Shown piece by piece: positions 30,531 through 40,924 of a DNA stretch of 64,000 nucleotides. The stretch covers positions 160,001-224,000 of the IMG/VR virus record IMGVR_UViG_3300001528_000580; one strand, given 5' to 3'. A program made the translations under genes and the position numbers. The stretch's first letter is position 1; each line of letters starts with the position of its first letter. Origin of the DNA: a virus (lineage: Duplodnaviria > Caudoviricetes). The notes below the pieces were generated by a model. That model ran no database searches, was not told the origin of the DNA, and worked only from the letters and a program-made list of their open reading frames with translations.

Positions 30531-31946
30531 ATGTTTAATTATGATGAATTTGAAAATTTATCTTCTGGTATAGAACAAGGAGATTATATAAAAGAGTATT
30601 TAAAGCCAACAGGAAGTTCAACTGCTGATGAAAAATACCAAATTATTACTGAAAGAATTAATGAAATAAACTGGAAATATATTAGTCATAAATGTGATTT
30701 AAAACCAGAATTTTATACATATAAAATATCATTAACTGAATATGGTTTTACACAAGGATATGAAACAAGATATAATGATATTGGAATGGTTGATTTATTG
30801 TATGGTGATATAATTTGTGAGTTTAAAGATCTATCAATTATACACGAAAATAAAATGATCATGGAATATATCATTGATTATATAAAAAATAATCAACAGT
30901 GGGTTGAACCGCCATTTGGTAAAGTTGAAGGTGTCGCATATCCACCATATAGAAAATATTGGTTTGGTTATTTTTTAACATATGATTTTTATCATACTTA
31001 TACTTATGAAATTGTCAGACAAAGTTCAAGCTCTGGAATATCTTCATCTAGTATAAGTTCTAATTCAAGTGATTTTAAAGAAGTAAAAACAGAAATAAAT
31101 GATTTTATATATAAATTTTGCGGTTGTCCACAAAACTATTTGATAAAATATCAAACTTTACCAATTGATTTTATAACAAATAATATTGAAAATCTTTCTA
31201 TTGATGACTTATGTAAACATCAGTTATTTGACAATCAATTTTTTTCTGATAATATTTATGGAATAACTTATTTTAAATCAAATGATAACAATGATAGTGA
31301 ATCATCAAGTAGCTCATCTTCTGAAAGTAGTACAGAACAAGTTTTAGTCAATTGGAATTTTGAATTGTTATCAAAATATCAAAGATGGGATTTAACTGAT
31401 AATGATTTCATAAATAATTTTATTAAATCTAATTGGGATAAAATAAATTGGGATAATGTTTGTAAATATCAAAACGTACCATCTGGATTTAGTGATAGTG
31501 TAATATTTGAAGATAGTCAAACCTTAACTGAAAAAATTGGATTTGATACAGATGTTAAAATTGAAGAATATAGAGATATTAATCCGTATTTTCAAACATT
31601 GGATAATAAATTAGAAAAAATATCTTCATGGTTTAATATCGAAAATCCAGATGATTCTAATGATCAGAAATATTTTTTCGCTTATAAATCAGTTACAAAA
31701 GATAATAAAGAAAATTATAGACCAAGAGAATCTTTTATACAAGGTAATAGTTACGATTGTTCTATGAAAAATACAAATGAACGTTATACAAATAGATATG
31801 CAGTAGGGATACAAGAATCATTTTTTGAACATTATGGAACTGATAAATTTATAAAAGTGAAAGTATTTGTAAGAGATATTTTTGAAATGACAGATTTTGG
31901 ACGTTTATATGTAAATAAATTTGAGGTTGTAGAAGATGTAGTTTAA
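30531..31946 (+). CDS. hypothetical protein with Trp-containing repeats and Ser-rich linkers
   Basis: INWKYIS/NWNFELLSKYQ/INWDNVCKYQ repeats. Confidence 0.65.
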   Translation: MFNYDEFENLSSGIEQGDYIKEYLKPTGSSTADEKYQIITERINEINWKYISHKCDLKPEFYTYKISLTEYGFTQGYETRYNDIGMVDLLYGDIICEFKDLSIIHENKMIMEYIIDYIKNNQQWVEPPFGKVEGVAYPPYRKYWFGYFLTYDFYHTYTYEIVRQSSSSGISSSSISSNSSDFKEVKTEINDFIYKFCGCPQNYLIKYQTLPIDFITNNIENLSIDDLCKHQLFDNQFFSDNIYGITYFKSNDNNDSESSSSSSSESSTEQVLVNWNFELLSKYQRWDLTDNDFINNFIKSNWDKINWDNVCKYQNVPSGFSDSVIFEDSQTLTEKIGFDTDVKIEEYRDINPYFQTLDNKLEKISSWFNIENPDDSNDQKYFFAYKSVTKDNKENYRPRESFIQGNSYDCSMKNTNERYTNRYAVGIQESFFEHYGTDKFIKVKVFVRDIFEMTDFGRLYVNKFEVVEDVV

Positions 31947-32074
31947 AATCTCTCCTATTTTAAATAAAATTTTATATTTTTTTGTAGTTTAGCTTGATAT
32001 TATTAAATATCATGCTATATTACATATATATGTATTTTGGCGTTTAAATGTTATTGGGAAAGGAGTGATTTAAA

Positions 32075-32389
32075 ATGGAAAAATTTATTTTAAGTGAAGA
32101 AGAAATGAATCGTGCAACTAGTATCAATGGAAGATACTATACCATTATCACTCGTCCTGCAGATTGTGGAAAGACAAAAATATCAGCAGTATGGGTGAAA
32201 AATGGTCAATTAGTTGCAGATTGGGCGACTAAAACTGTTAACTATATGTATGAGGTTAATTCTACTATCATGAATTTAAACTCTGAAATATTTAATAAAA
32301 AAGATACTATAAAGTTTTATGATAGAACTTATGATAGAACAAAAGAAAGCAATAGAAGAAAATTTTCTAATTTTAAGAAAAGAAAATAA
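32075..32389 (+). CDS. hypothetical protein
   Basis: AAGGAG SD; sigma70-like promoter upstream. Confidence 0.7.
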   Translation: MEKFILSEEEMNRATSINGRYYTIITRPADCGKTKISAVWVKNGQLVADWATKTVNYMYEVNSTIMNLNSEIFNKKDTIKFYDRTYDRTKESNRRKFSNFKKRK

Positions 32390-32395
32390 ATATCT

Positions 32396-32434
32396 AAGTA
32401 GTAATTGAATAACGCCACAATTACTACTTTTTTT
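32396..32434 (+). terminator. intrinsic terminator with complementary loop
   Basis: AAGTAGTAATTG/CAATTACTACTT stem plus T run. Confidence 0.7.
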
Positions 32435-32470
32435 ATTGGCGTTATTTTAATATATAAAGGTATATAAATT

Positions 32471-33124
32471 ATGTTGGTTAATTATTGTGAGTCATTGCTA
32501 TTAGAATGTAGAAAATATGTACCAGATGAATTAAAGAAAAATATTGATAGTTTATTATCACTAAGAGAAGATATGGATGAAGTTAAAGAAAAATTTAATC
32601 CATGTTTTGATGTTTTTACTAAAGATGAATTTAAAAACAAATTTGAAGAAATAATATTTAACAGTAATAAATTTAAAGATTCTTATTTTCATAATAATTT
32701 TAAAGAAGAACATAATAGAGAACCAGAATTAAAAGATGTTAAATTGGAAGAATTTGATGGGTATGAAATATTTGAATTTGTAAAGAATAAACCAAATATA
32801 GATTTTGACTTAGAAAATTTTGAAACCAATGATTTTTATATTTATGGTGAATCTATATGTAATAAAATATTAGGAATACAAACATTAGAAAATGAATTGA
32901 CATTTCTTGGTTTTTATGCAGGTGGAGATTGGGAAGTTCCAATTATTGGAATATTATATATTTATAAAAATGAAATTTATTGTTATATTCCAGAAGATGG
33001 AAATATATATGATAAAGAAAATATGTGCGCATATAATGAATCTAAAAATGATATAATTGAAGTTCAAGATGAAGATATAATTATAAGTGATATTTTAAGA
33101 AAATTTTGCAAAAATGTGGTATAA
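32471..33124 (+). CDS. hypothetical protein
   Basis: 217 aa; AGGDWE.P motif. Confidence 0.7.
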   Translation: MLVNYCESLLLECRKYVPDELKKNIDSLLSLREDMDEVKEKFNPCFDVFTKDEFKNKFEEIIFNSNKFKDSYFHNNFKEEHNREPELKDVKLEEFDGYEIFEFVKNKPNIDFDLENFETNDFYIYGESICNKILGIQTLENELTFLGFYAGGDWEVPIIGILYIYKNEIYCYIPEDGNIYDKENMCAYNESKNDIIEVQDEDIIISDILRKFCKNVV

Positions 33125-33214
33125 TTTTCACACCATAATATTCATAAATATGTATTTTTACACTCAAATATATTTTATTTTATATTTACCTTTCTGAAAA
33201 GGGAATATAATAAA

Positions 33215-34063
33215 ATGAGAATAAATGAAATAAAGTTATTTAATGGAAAGCATCTTGTTACTTCTAAGGATGGAAAAATAGATGCAATTGACGGTTCAAA
33301 TTTAACTGGATTACAATTTACACAATTAGAAGATGCACCAAATTCATTAATACCAAATAGAATTGTCAAAGTAAATGAACTTGGTAATAAATTAGAATTA
33401 GTAGAATTTGATGTCAATAACAATAAAGTTATAGAATTTGGTATTAGTAATGTTGAAAATGAAATAAATTGGACTGGAAATCATTGTCAAATTACTCATG
33501 GATTAAATGGATTTGTATTATTTCAAATATTTAATCATGATGGAGTAGGGATACCAGTTGTACCATTATATATAGATGAAAATAATATTGCATTTTATTT
33601 AAACGATTCTGATTTACCTACAGATGAAAATAAACATACCATTTTCTTTTATAAAGGTGGCATGGAAACAAAATTTGCATCAAATCATGCAATTATAGAT
33701 AATATGCCTGTTGAATTTACTTTTATTGATGAACAATATGGAAGAGTATGTTATTTAGATTCTACTACACCAAAAATAAGTTTTATTGACAATGTTTTAA
33801 ATTTAAAAGAAGTGCAATTAAATATCGTAAGTGCTAATACTGATATTACAGGAAATATTGTTCTTATACCAATTGTAAATAATACAGAATTAGATCCAAT
33901 TATTGTTCCTGTTTCTGATGTATTAACTATTCAAAAAATAAGTTTAGATGTTACTGGTAATTTGTCATTTAGACGTGATTATGAAAATGTAAATGATACA
34001 TTAAAAGATGAAACACCTGTTACTGCAATAATAACCAATATAAGGTTTATTGTAGAGGTGTAA
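33215..34063 (+). CDS. putative virion/tail-fibre-associated protein
   Basis: FTQLEDAP..L...IVKVN..G..LE fibre-type repeat; ITHGLN motif; beta-rich. Confidence 0.55.
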   Translation: MRINEIKLFNGKHLVTSKDGKIDAIDGSNLTGLQFTQLEDAPNSLIPNRIVKVNELGNKLELVEFDVNNNKVIEFGISNVENEINWTGNHCQITHGLNGFVLFQIFNHDGVGIPVVPLYIDENNIAFYLNDSDLPTDENKHTIFFYKGGMETKFASNHAIIDNMPVEFTFIDEQYGRVCYLDSTTPKISFIDNVLNLKEVQLNIVSANTDITGNIVLIPIVNNTELDPIIVPVSDVLTIQKISLDVTGNLSFRRDYENVNDTLKDETPVTAIITNIRFIVEV

Positions 34064-34064
34064 T

Positions 34065-35243
34065 ATGCATGATAAAATATTTGACATCGCTAGAAATAAT
34101 GATTGTATTATGGCTATAACACCTGACAATGCAGGTACATTTATTAGTCCTATTAGAAACGATCTTATAAAATTAAATCAACAAAGAAATTTTTATAAAC
34201 AGTTTCAAATATGGTTTGATTTTGTTGAAGCAGCAAAGCAAATAACTATTGGTGCTGATTTTGAAATGAAATTTTCTTTTACAAAAATCGGTACAGCATA
34301 TAATGCTTATCCTTATATTTTTTATCCATATCAAGGAACATATAGTGCTGGTGTATATTTTAATACAACAACAAGTCAACCATTAAGATTGCAATGTTTT
34401 CTTTTTACTACCGCTGCAATAAATATGACAATAGTATTGAATCAAAGATATGATTTTGTTATAAGAAGAATAAATAATCAAATTTCATTATTTTTAAATG
34501 ATCGATTGGTAACAACAAGGTCATCAAATGCTGCATGGCTTACAACTGTATATCCTTTAAGTTCTGATTCTATAAATATTCATGAATTAACATTAAAGGT
34601 TAAAGATAAAACAATATTTAGTTATCCTAATGAATCTGAAAGATTAGGTCTTGTTAGTAAAACATCTGTTATAACAACTGGAAATACATTTGATTCTTGT
34701 TCAATTTATACTTATCCGTCTAAAATAGTATTACCATTTGATTTTAGAAATAGAGCAGTAATAGATTACTCTTTTGCAATGAGATTCAGATTCAATAATA
34801 TTGATTCTTACTCAACAGCATTACCAATATTATCACAAGGATTTACTGCTGCAACAGGACAAAAGGTAATGAGTTTACATGGAATAAGATCATCTAACTA
34901 TTTAAGGTTATATTTTAGTGTTGGAACAAATAATATAGGATTAAATTCTCCACCTTTATATCAAGGTCAATGGCATGATGTTGCAATATCTTTTACTCCG
35001 GGAGTTGGAACAACCAGAAAAGCATTAATATATACAAATGGAGTTTTTACAGAACAAACTTTACTTACTGGAATGATATATCCTAATTTAAATCCAACTG
35101 TTGATACTTTAATAAATACTAATGCTCAATTGTTTGCAGATCCTACTTCATTAGGTAATAGGTATTTTAAATGGCAATTGAACAAATTTTTTGTTTTTAA
35201 TAAATCATTAACAAAAGAAGATATGATTAATATTTTTAATTAA
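34065..35243 (+). CDS. LamG/concanavalin-like beta-sandwich protein (putative receptor-binding)
   Basis: WHDVAISF...IYTNG...FFVFNKSLT LamG-like signature. Confidence 0.6.
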   Translation: MHDKIFDIARNNDCIMAITPDNAGTFISPIRNDLIKLNQQRNFYKQFQIWFDFVEAAKQITIGADFEMKFSFTKIGTAYNAYPYIFYPYQGTYSAGVYFNTTTSQPLRLQCFLFTTAAINMTIVLNQRYDFVIRRINNQISLFLNDRLVTTRSSNAAWLTTVYPLSSDSINIHELTLKVKDKTIFSYPNESERLGLVSKTSVITTGNTFDSCSIYTYPSKIVLPFDFRNRAVIDYSFAMRFRFNNIDSYSTALPILSQGFTAATGQKVMSLHGIRSSNYLRLYFSVGTNNIGLNSPPLYQGQWHDVAISFTPGVGTTRKALIYTNGVFTEQTLLTGMIYPNLNPTVDTLINTNAQLFADPTSLGNRYFKWQLNKFFVFNKSLTKEDMINIFN

Positions 35244-35260
35244 AATAAAAGGATAAAAAG

Positions 35261-35668
35261 ATGAAATATATAAGAAAAATAAATGGAATAATTGAAGAAT
35301 ATGCTCTCATAAAAAATATGGGTAAGCAATGGTATAAAAATAATGGTTATTTAGAATATTATGGTAATAATCCTATTGAGTATATTGATATTATAGATGG
35401 CAATATAGTTGAATTAGATATTCCAGAAGCAGTTAAAGAAAATAAATATACAAAAAATCAAATAAGAACATCTTGTCGTGAATTGAATATTGAAAATAAA
35501 TTAAATGAAATATTGAATTTATCAACTGATTTTAAAATATTTTGGGATGAGTGTCTTGAAGTTGATTTAAACTATCCAATGACACAACAAGCTCTAAAAA
35601 TGGCAAAATTTACAGATGAAGATATTAAAAATATTATTGATTATATAGAATTACATAGCGTTATTTAA
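35261..35668 (+). CDS. putative fibre chaperone / hypothetical protein
   Basis: Small ORF between two LamG-like paralogues. Confidence 0.45.
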   Translation: MKYIRKINGIIEEYALIKNMGKQWYKNNGYLEYYGNNPIEYIDIIDGNIVELDIPEAVKENKYTKNQIRTSCRELNIENKLNEILNLSTDFKIFWDECLEVDLNYPMTQQALKMAKFTDEDIKNIIDYIELHSVI

Positions 35669-35680
35669 AATGGTGATATT

Positions 35681-37423
35681 ATGCATGATATAGTATTTGA
35701 TGCAGCTAAAAGAAATGATTGTATATTAGCACTAACACCTGATAATGGTGGAAGTTGGATTAGTAGTTTTAAACCTAGAACTTATAGAAATTATTATATT
35801 AATCCTAGTAGTTCAGTTGGAACAGGAGAACCATTTTCTGATTTAAAAACTATTTTATTAACAACAAATTTTTCTTATCAAGATGATTTCAAATTTGAAT
35901 TTACAATAAATTTAATAGATAATGATTATCCATTAACACAATATTTTTCATTTTATCAATCAGATGGTAGAATACAATCATTTTGGGGAAGAAGAGAATC
36001 TGATGGATATATGAGATTTAATTTTTCAACTTCTGTATTAACAAATTCAGATATATTTTTTGATTATATTCCATTTGTTTCTGGATTACATAAAGTAGTT
36101 ATTGAACTTATTGGAGATACATTTAGTGTTACTGTTGATGGAGAAAATAAACAAATAATTGGAACTAGAAAAGATGGTAGTTCTGATCCAAATAGAGTAA
36201 TTAATTTTAATGCTCCTGCTAATATATTATCAGCTAAATTAACAAATTTAACTTCAAATTCTGTTTTATGGACAGCAGGAAAAGATGTTTTATATAATTC
36301 TATTGTTTATCCTTATGAAAAACCAAAAAGAAATTTTAGTGAAACAGGTAAAGATAAATCGTGGTATGATATTGTTAGTTCTGGTTATAACAATATTGGA
36401 GTTGATGATTGCGAATTTTATATTGAATATGAAAATTATAAGGATTATCCTGGACAGATATTTTATAGTAATTCTCAAAATGGAAGTATAAATATTTATT
36501 TCATTGAAAATAATCAAAATTCTTATACATCTTTTCAAGCATTTAATGATAATAGTATATATTTATATCCAAATGATTCTTCCGAAATAATAACAACAGG
36601 TAAACATAAAATATTATTTAGAAGAGAAAATGGAACGGCAACAGCTTATATTGATGGAATACTAAAATCTACGGTAATATCTTCATCAGGAAATAAATTG
36701 TTATATGGAACAAGTGTTCCTATATCAAATCTTAATGGAACAATTTATAAAGCATATCTAAAAAATTTAAGAACTGGAAAAACTGTTTGGTTATATCCAA
36801 CGGAAATAGAAAGATTGAATTTAGCAGATAAGATTAATTATCGTTGTGATCGAGGTGTATTTGAACAAGCATCTTCACCTTCATCAACTATTAATACTAG
36901 AATTGATACTCAATTGGATTTAAGAGGATCAGTTTCAGATTATACTGTTATTGTTGATTTTGATGCAGCAATATTTAATGGGATAGAACAAAAACAAGAA
37001 TTAGCTGGACAAGGTCCGTGTATTACTGCGGCACAACGTCCAGAAATTTGTTCATTAGCTTATTATTCTAGATCTGTTTCAAATTCTTATGCATTACAAT
37101 GTGCTCAAGAAATTAATGGAGTAAGAGTAAATTGTTGGAAAGAAACTGGATTGCTTACTGGTAGACATAGTGCAGCAGGTAGAATAACTGTTAATAATAA
37201 TAACACAACTACTATTTCTATATTTTTAGATGGAAATAAAATAATAGAACAAAATTATCAAGGTGTTCCTAGAGGAACAGCATATACAACACATACTTGT
37301 TATTCTATATCAGATAATAGAAATGGATTGTGGGTTGCAAAGTATAATAAAATATATTCTGTTTTGTTATTTAATTCAAGTTTAAGTGATTATGATATTA
37401 AACAAATAAGTTTTAAAGGTTAA
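35681..37423 (+). CDS. multi-LamG-like protein, paralogue of 34065
   Basis: Shared N-terminus MHD.(I/V)FD.A..NDCI.A.TPDN.G..IS; repeated HK....YIDG/FLDG; LFNSSLS C-terminus. Confidence 0.6.
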   Translation: MHDIVFDAAKRNDCILALTPDNGGSWISSFKPRTYRNYYINPSSSVGTGEPFSDLKTILLTTNFSYQDDFKFEFTINLIDNDYPLTQYFSFYQSDGRIQSFWGRRESDGYMRFNFSTSVLTNSDIFFDYIPFVSGLHKVVIELIGDTFSVTVDGENKQIIGTRKDGSSDPNRVINFNAPANILSAKLTNLTSNSVLWTAGKDVLYNSIVYPYEKPKRNFSETGKDKSWYDIVSSGYNNIGVDDCEFYIEYENYKDYPGQIFYSNSQNGSINIYFIENNQNSYTSFQAFNDNSIYLYPNDSSEIITTGKHKILFRRENGTATAYIDGILKSTVISSSGNKLLYGTSVPISNLNGTIYKAYLKNLRTGKTVWLYPTEIERLNLADKINYRCDRGVFEQASSPSSTINTRIDTQLDLRGSVSDYTVIVDFDAAIFNGIEQKQELAGQGPCITAAQRPEICSLAYYSRSVSNSYALQCAQEINGVRVNCWKETGLLTGRHSAAGRITVNNNNTTTISIFLDGNKIIEQNYQGVPRGTAYTTHTCYSISDNRNGLWVAKYNKIYSVLLFNSSLSDYDIKQISFKG

Positions 37424-37583
37424 TACAAAAATTATATTTATAAAATTAATTATATTTATAATTTTGATAAATTATTGAAATATTTGTCAGAATTATAATA
37501 ATTTTTGAATTTTTTCTTTTTTTCATTTGACTTTTTATTTTTATGAGCTATATTACTTTATAGAAACAGAAAAAAGGTTTATA

Positions 37584-37850
37584 ATGTTAGAAAAACGCAT
37601 ATATGTGGCATGGGCTTATACAGAAAATGCCAATGAAAAAATAAAGATAAATAGAGAAATTTATAATTCACTAAAAGATCTAGCTATTGTTAAACCTGTT
37701 GGTTTTGGATATGCAAATTCTGTTTATAGTGTAATAGAAAAAACTGTTAGAAAATTATCAGATGATGAAAAAGCATTAATTGCTGATGGTGGAAATCTTT
37801 GTTTTGGATACAGAAAATCAGGTGATTTATTTGTTATTTATACTGATTAA
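37584..37850 (+). CDS. hypothetical protein, paralogue of 49528
   Basis: L..(D/E)EKALIA..GNL..GY; start moved to MLEKR. Confidence 0.65.
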   Translation: MLEKRIYVAWAYTENANEKIKINREIYNSLKDLAIVKPVGFGYANSVYSVIEKTVRKLSDDEKALIADGGNLCFGYRKSGDLFVIYTD

Positions 37851-37868
37851 AAAAGAAATGGAGAAAAT

Positions 37869-38090
37869 ATGACTTATCTTTTGTTTATCGTTATTTTAGG
37901 CACTCTTTTGAGTGTAGCTATTTATGACAAAAAAGGTTTTAATCTTTTAAGGATATTGGTATGCTCCATTCTTGTTTTTATTGTTTTGAATTGTTGGCTT
38001 ATTATTCCGGCTATTTTTCTTGTAATACTTATTATCGTAGGTATTGTTTTGTTTAAGAAATCAATGAATGATGATGTAGGAGAGGAGTAG
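37869..38090 (+). CDS. small hydrophobic membrane protein
   Basis: 73 aa, 2-3 TM segments, GGAG SD. Confidence 0.65.
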   Translation: MTYLLFIVILGTLLSVAIYDKKGFNLLRILVCSILVFIVLNCWLIIPAIFLVILIIVGIVLFKKSMNDDVGEE

Positions 38091-38099
38091 TTCCGAGTT

Positions 38100-38161
38100 G
38101 AGGTACACAGTTAGATTTAAATATACCTCCTAAAAAGTCTAACTGTGTACCTCTTTTTTTT
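38100..38161. terminator. 19-bp stem-loop terminator between convergent genes
   Basis: GAGGTACACAGTTAGATTT/AAGTCTAACTGTGTACCTC plus T run. Confidence 0.8.
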
Positions 38162-40604
38162 ATTCTTCTTCTAATTCAATTTCAGCTTCAATTCCTTCTT
38201 CTATTTTTGTATATTCATAATTAAAAGATTGTTTATTTGATTTAGTAACTTTTAACATATTACGTTTTATAGCCTCACCACCCCATGATTCAGGAATATC
38301 TTTGTAATTTTCGATTTTAATACAATTAAAGAAGCAATCAGTGGTTGAAGTAAAATTATTACTACTATTCCAAAGTTTGTTTTCAGGTGCGTTAGAATTG
38401 ATTCTAGAGCAGTTATAACACATTTCTGCAATATTAACTTCCCAATTAAATGATTCAGGAAGAATGTCATTTAAATTAATATTTAAATATATACAATTTC
38501 CAAATAATCCAGAAATATTTCTTGCATCAGATGAAATTTTGAAATCTATTACTTTAGTTAATGCAGAACCAGAAAAAGCATAACTTATATTATCTTCATT
38601 TTCAAATATAAATCCTGTTGGCATTGCAGAAATAGATGATTCTGCAAACATTCCATAACAGTTCCTTGCATTTACACCAGTTTTAAAATTATATGGTATA
38701 GAACTGAGTTTTTTAGTTTTATAAAACATAAGAGAATTATCTAAACATGAATCAGGAATAGATAAATTTTGTATTATCATAATACCAGATTCTTGAAACA
38801 TTTGTTTTAATGTTTGCACTTTTTTCCCAATAAAAAAATTTTTGTTTAAATAATTTAAAAATTCACATACTGCAAACATTTGTGAACAGTCGCTTACATT
38901 ATCACCTATTTTAAAATTAACAGGTAATTCTCTTAATCTTGTATAAGTGAACATATTTTGACAATTAGTTACATTATCATGAATCGTAAAATTAATTGGT
39001 AATTTTGTTAATCCTGAATCAAAAAACATAAATCTTAAAATAGACGCTTTTTCTCCTAAAATACAAGTTTCTGGAAGATATTTTAAAGCATATGTGTATT
39101 GAAACGATCCTGTCAAATCTGTTGTATTTTTTCCAAATGTAAAGTTTTTTGGCAATCTTGATAAAGAATTGCAACCACTAAGCATTAAATAGATAGAAGT
39201 TACTGAATCAGGTATTTTAAAACTATTAGGTAATTCTTTTAAATATTTACAATCATAAAAAGTACCAAATAATTGTGTTATTCCTTCTTTAAAACAAAAA
39301 CCATTTGGTAATCTTTCTATATTTGAATAAGAAAATGTATAAACAGCTTGTTTAACTGATTTACCCATATTAAATCCAGCAGGAAATTCTTTTAATGATT
39401 TTAATTTATCAAAAGCATATGATACATTTTCAACTTTATCTGGAATTGTAAATCCTTTTGGGAAAAACAAAAGACCTGCCATATTACTAAAAGCACTTTG
39501 TATTGTAGTGACATTTTTGCCAATTCTAAATGAACTTGGAAAATATTTTACTTTTATACATCCTTCAAATATATTGTTCATATTAGTAACGTTATCTGAT
39601 ATTAAAAATGATGGATGAATAAACTCCATATTATAACAATTTTTAAACATGTTATAGCATGTTATAGTTGAAGTTTTTAATTGAACAGCTCTTACTACAC
39701 TTTGACAATTTAAGAAATCTACACCATCAAAATCACCATAAAAAGTTATTTCCATTTTTTTATTTTTAGGTAATCCATAATAATATGTTCTATTTCCAGT
39801 AACATCTAATTCTAATTTCTTTTCATCACCAAAATAAACAATTGTATTTTTAGGATTTCTTAATGTAAAATTAAAATTTGTATCTTTTGTAGAATCAACA
39901 ATTATTTTTGTGCAATCGAAATTAGTTGGTCTTTTATCAGAAATGTTAAGAACATTTTCTCTTTTTGTTATAATAATAATTTTATTTGGTTCATCTTTTT
40001 TATTATAAACTTCAAAATTATCTGTTAATACATATATATTATCTTTTATTTTATAACAAATATCATCTTTTCTTGTTATTCTTGTTATATCATTATTGAA
40101 ATTTTGCCATATATTTAATATGTCATTATTAAAACTTACATCACTTAATTCTTGTGAATATCCTCCTTGCATAACAATGAATGGTAAACTAACAATTGGA
40201 ATGTTATCTTTTTTAGTAATTAAAATTACTTCATTTGGATTATTTAAATTATTATAAACTTCAAAATTATCTGTTAAATCATATTCATCGTTTTTTCTAA
40301 TATAACAAACTTGATCTGGTGTTGTTATTAACTGTAATTTATTGTTTATCGTTGGTGGATATAAAAATATTGGTGGTTGTTTAATAACATTACCTGAATT
40401 ATCATATTCAATATTAACATCATGTGCATCAGAATTTTGAATGTTATATTTGTTTGTTAATTCAGTTATTATTTTTAAATTATCAGGTACTTCAGGAGAA
40501 AGATATCTTGTGAAGTCAGTAAATGTTTTACTTGTTATTCTACTTAATCCCTTTTCTTTTCTTATTCTTTGTTTTTCTAAAAAATCACTATAATCACTTC
40601 TCAT
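38160..40604 (-). CDS. BspA/DUF285-like leucine-rich-repeat protein
   Basis: About 25-aa repeats (LP.NF.I...VT....MF..C); C-terminal IPESWGG; duplicated LTDNFEVYN segment. Confidence 0.75.
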   Translation of the reverse strand: MRSDYSDFLEKQRIRKEKGLSRITSKTFTDFTRYLSPEVPDNLKIITELTNKYNIQNSDAHDVNIEYDNSGNVIKQPPIFLYPPTINNKLQLITTPDQVCYIRKNDEYDLTDNFEVYNNLNNPNEVILITKKDNIPIVSLPFIVMQGGYSQELSDVSFNNDILNIWQNFNNDITRITRKDDICYKIKDNIYVLTDNFEVYNKKDEPNKIIIITKRENVLNISDKRPTNFDCTKIIVDSTKDTNFNFTLRNPKNTIVYFGDEKKLELDVTGNRTYYYGLPKNKKMEITFYGDFDGVDFLNCQSVVRAVQLKTSTITCYNMFKNCYNMEFIHPSFLISDNVTNMNNIFEGCIKVKYFPSSFRIGKNVTTIQSAFSNMAGLLFFPKGFTIPDKVENVSYAFDKLKSLKEFPAGFNMGKSVKQAVYTFSYSNIERLPNGFCFKEGITQLFGTFYDCKYLKELPNSFKIPDSVTSIYLMLSGCNSLSRLPKNFTFGKNTTDLTGSFQYTYALKYLPETCILGEKASILRFMFFDSGLTKLPINFTIHDNVTNCQNMFTYTRLRELPVNFKIGDNVSDCSQMFAVCEFLNYLNKNFFIGKKVQTLKQMFQESGIMIIQNLSIPDSCLDNSLMFYKTKKLSSIPYNFKTGVNARNCYGMFAESSISAMPTGFIFENEDNISYAFSGSALTKVIDFKISSDARNISGLFGNCIYLNINLNDILPESFNWEVNIAEMCYNCSRINSNAPENKLWNSSNNFTSTTDCFFNCIKIENYKDIPESWGGEAIKRNMLKVTKSNKQSFNYEYTKIEEGIEAEIELEEE

Positions 40605-40728
40605 AGATATATCTCCTTTTCTAAATAGAAAAATATTTATTTAATTTATAACATTTTTATTTTAAACTTATTTTTAATAACTTATCTATATTTTTTTAAT
40701 ATTTTTTTATATTTTTCTCATTATTGAC

Positions 40729-40756
40729 TTGACAAATATAAAAAGTAATGTATATT
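40729..40756 (+). promoter_or_regulatory. sigma70-like promoter of tRNA cluster 1
   Basis: TTGACA...TG-TATATT; near-identical cassette at 43919-43946. Confidence 0.7.
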
Positions 40757-40805
40757 AAGTGTTGTAACAAGGAAAAATAAAAAATCCTGTGTTGTTTTAA
40801 TATAT

Positions 40806-40882
40806 AGCGGAGTGATAGCAGAGGTTAGCTTGTCTGGCTCATAACCAGAAGGTCATTGGTTCAAATCCAATCTCCGCTACCA
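40806..40882 (+). tRNA. tRNA-Met(CAU), initiator-like
   Basis: AGCGGAG/CTCCGCT acceptor, TCTGG-CTCATAA-CCAGA anticodon arm, TTCAAAT T loop, encoded CCA. Confidence 0.9.
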
Positions 40883-40924
40883 ATAAAAATATATAACCAA
40901 ATTTGGTTATATTAAAAATATGAA

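Noticed and set aside
38160-40604. Diversity-generating retroelement target or template
   Set aside because: No reverse transcriptase and no adenine-specific TR/VR pair seen; the short duplication is an ordinary internal repeat
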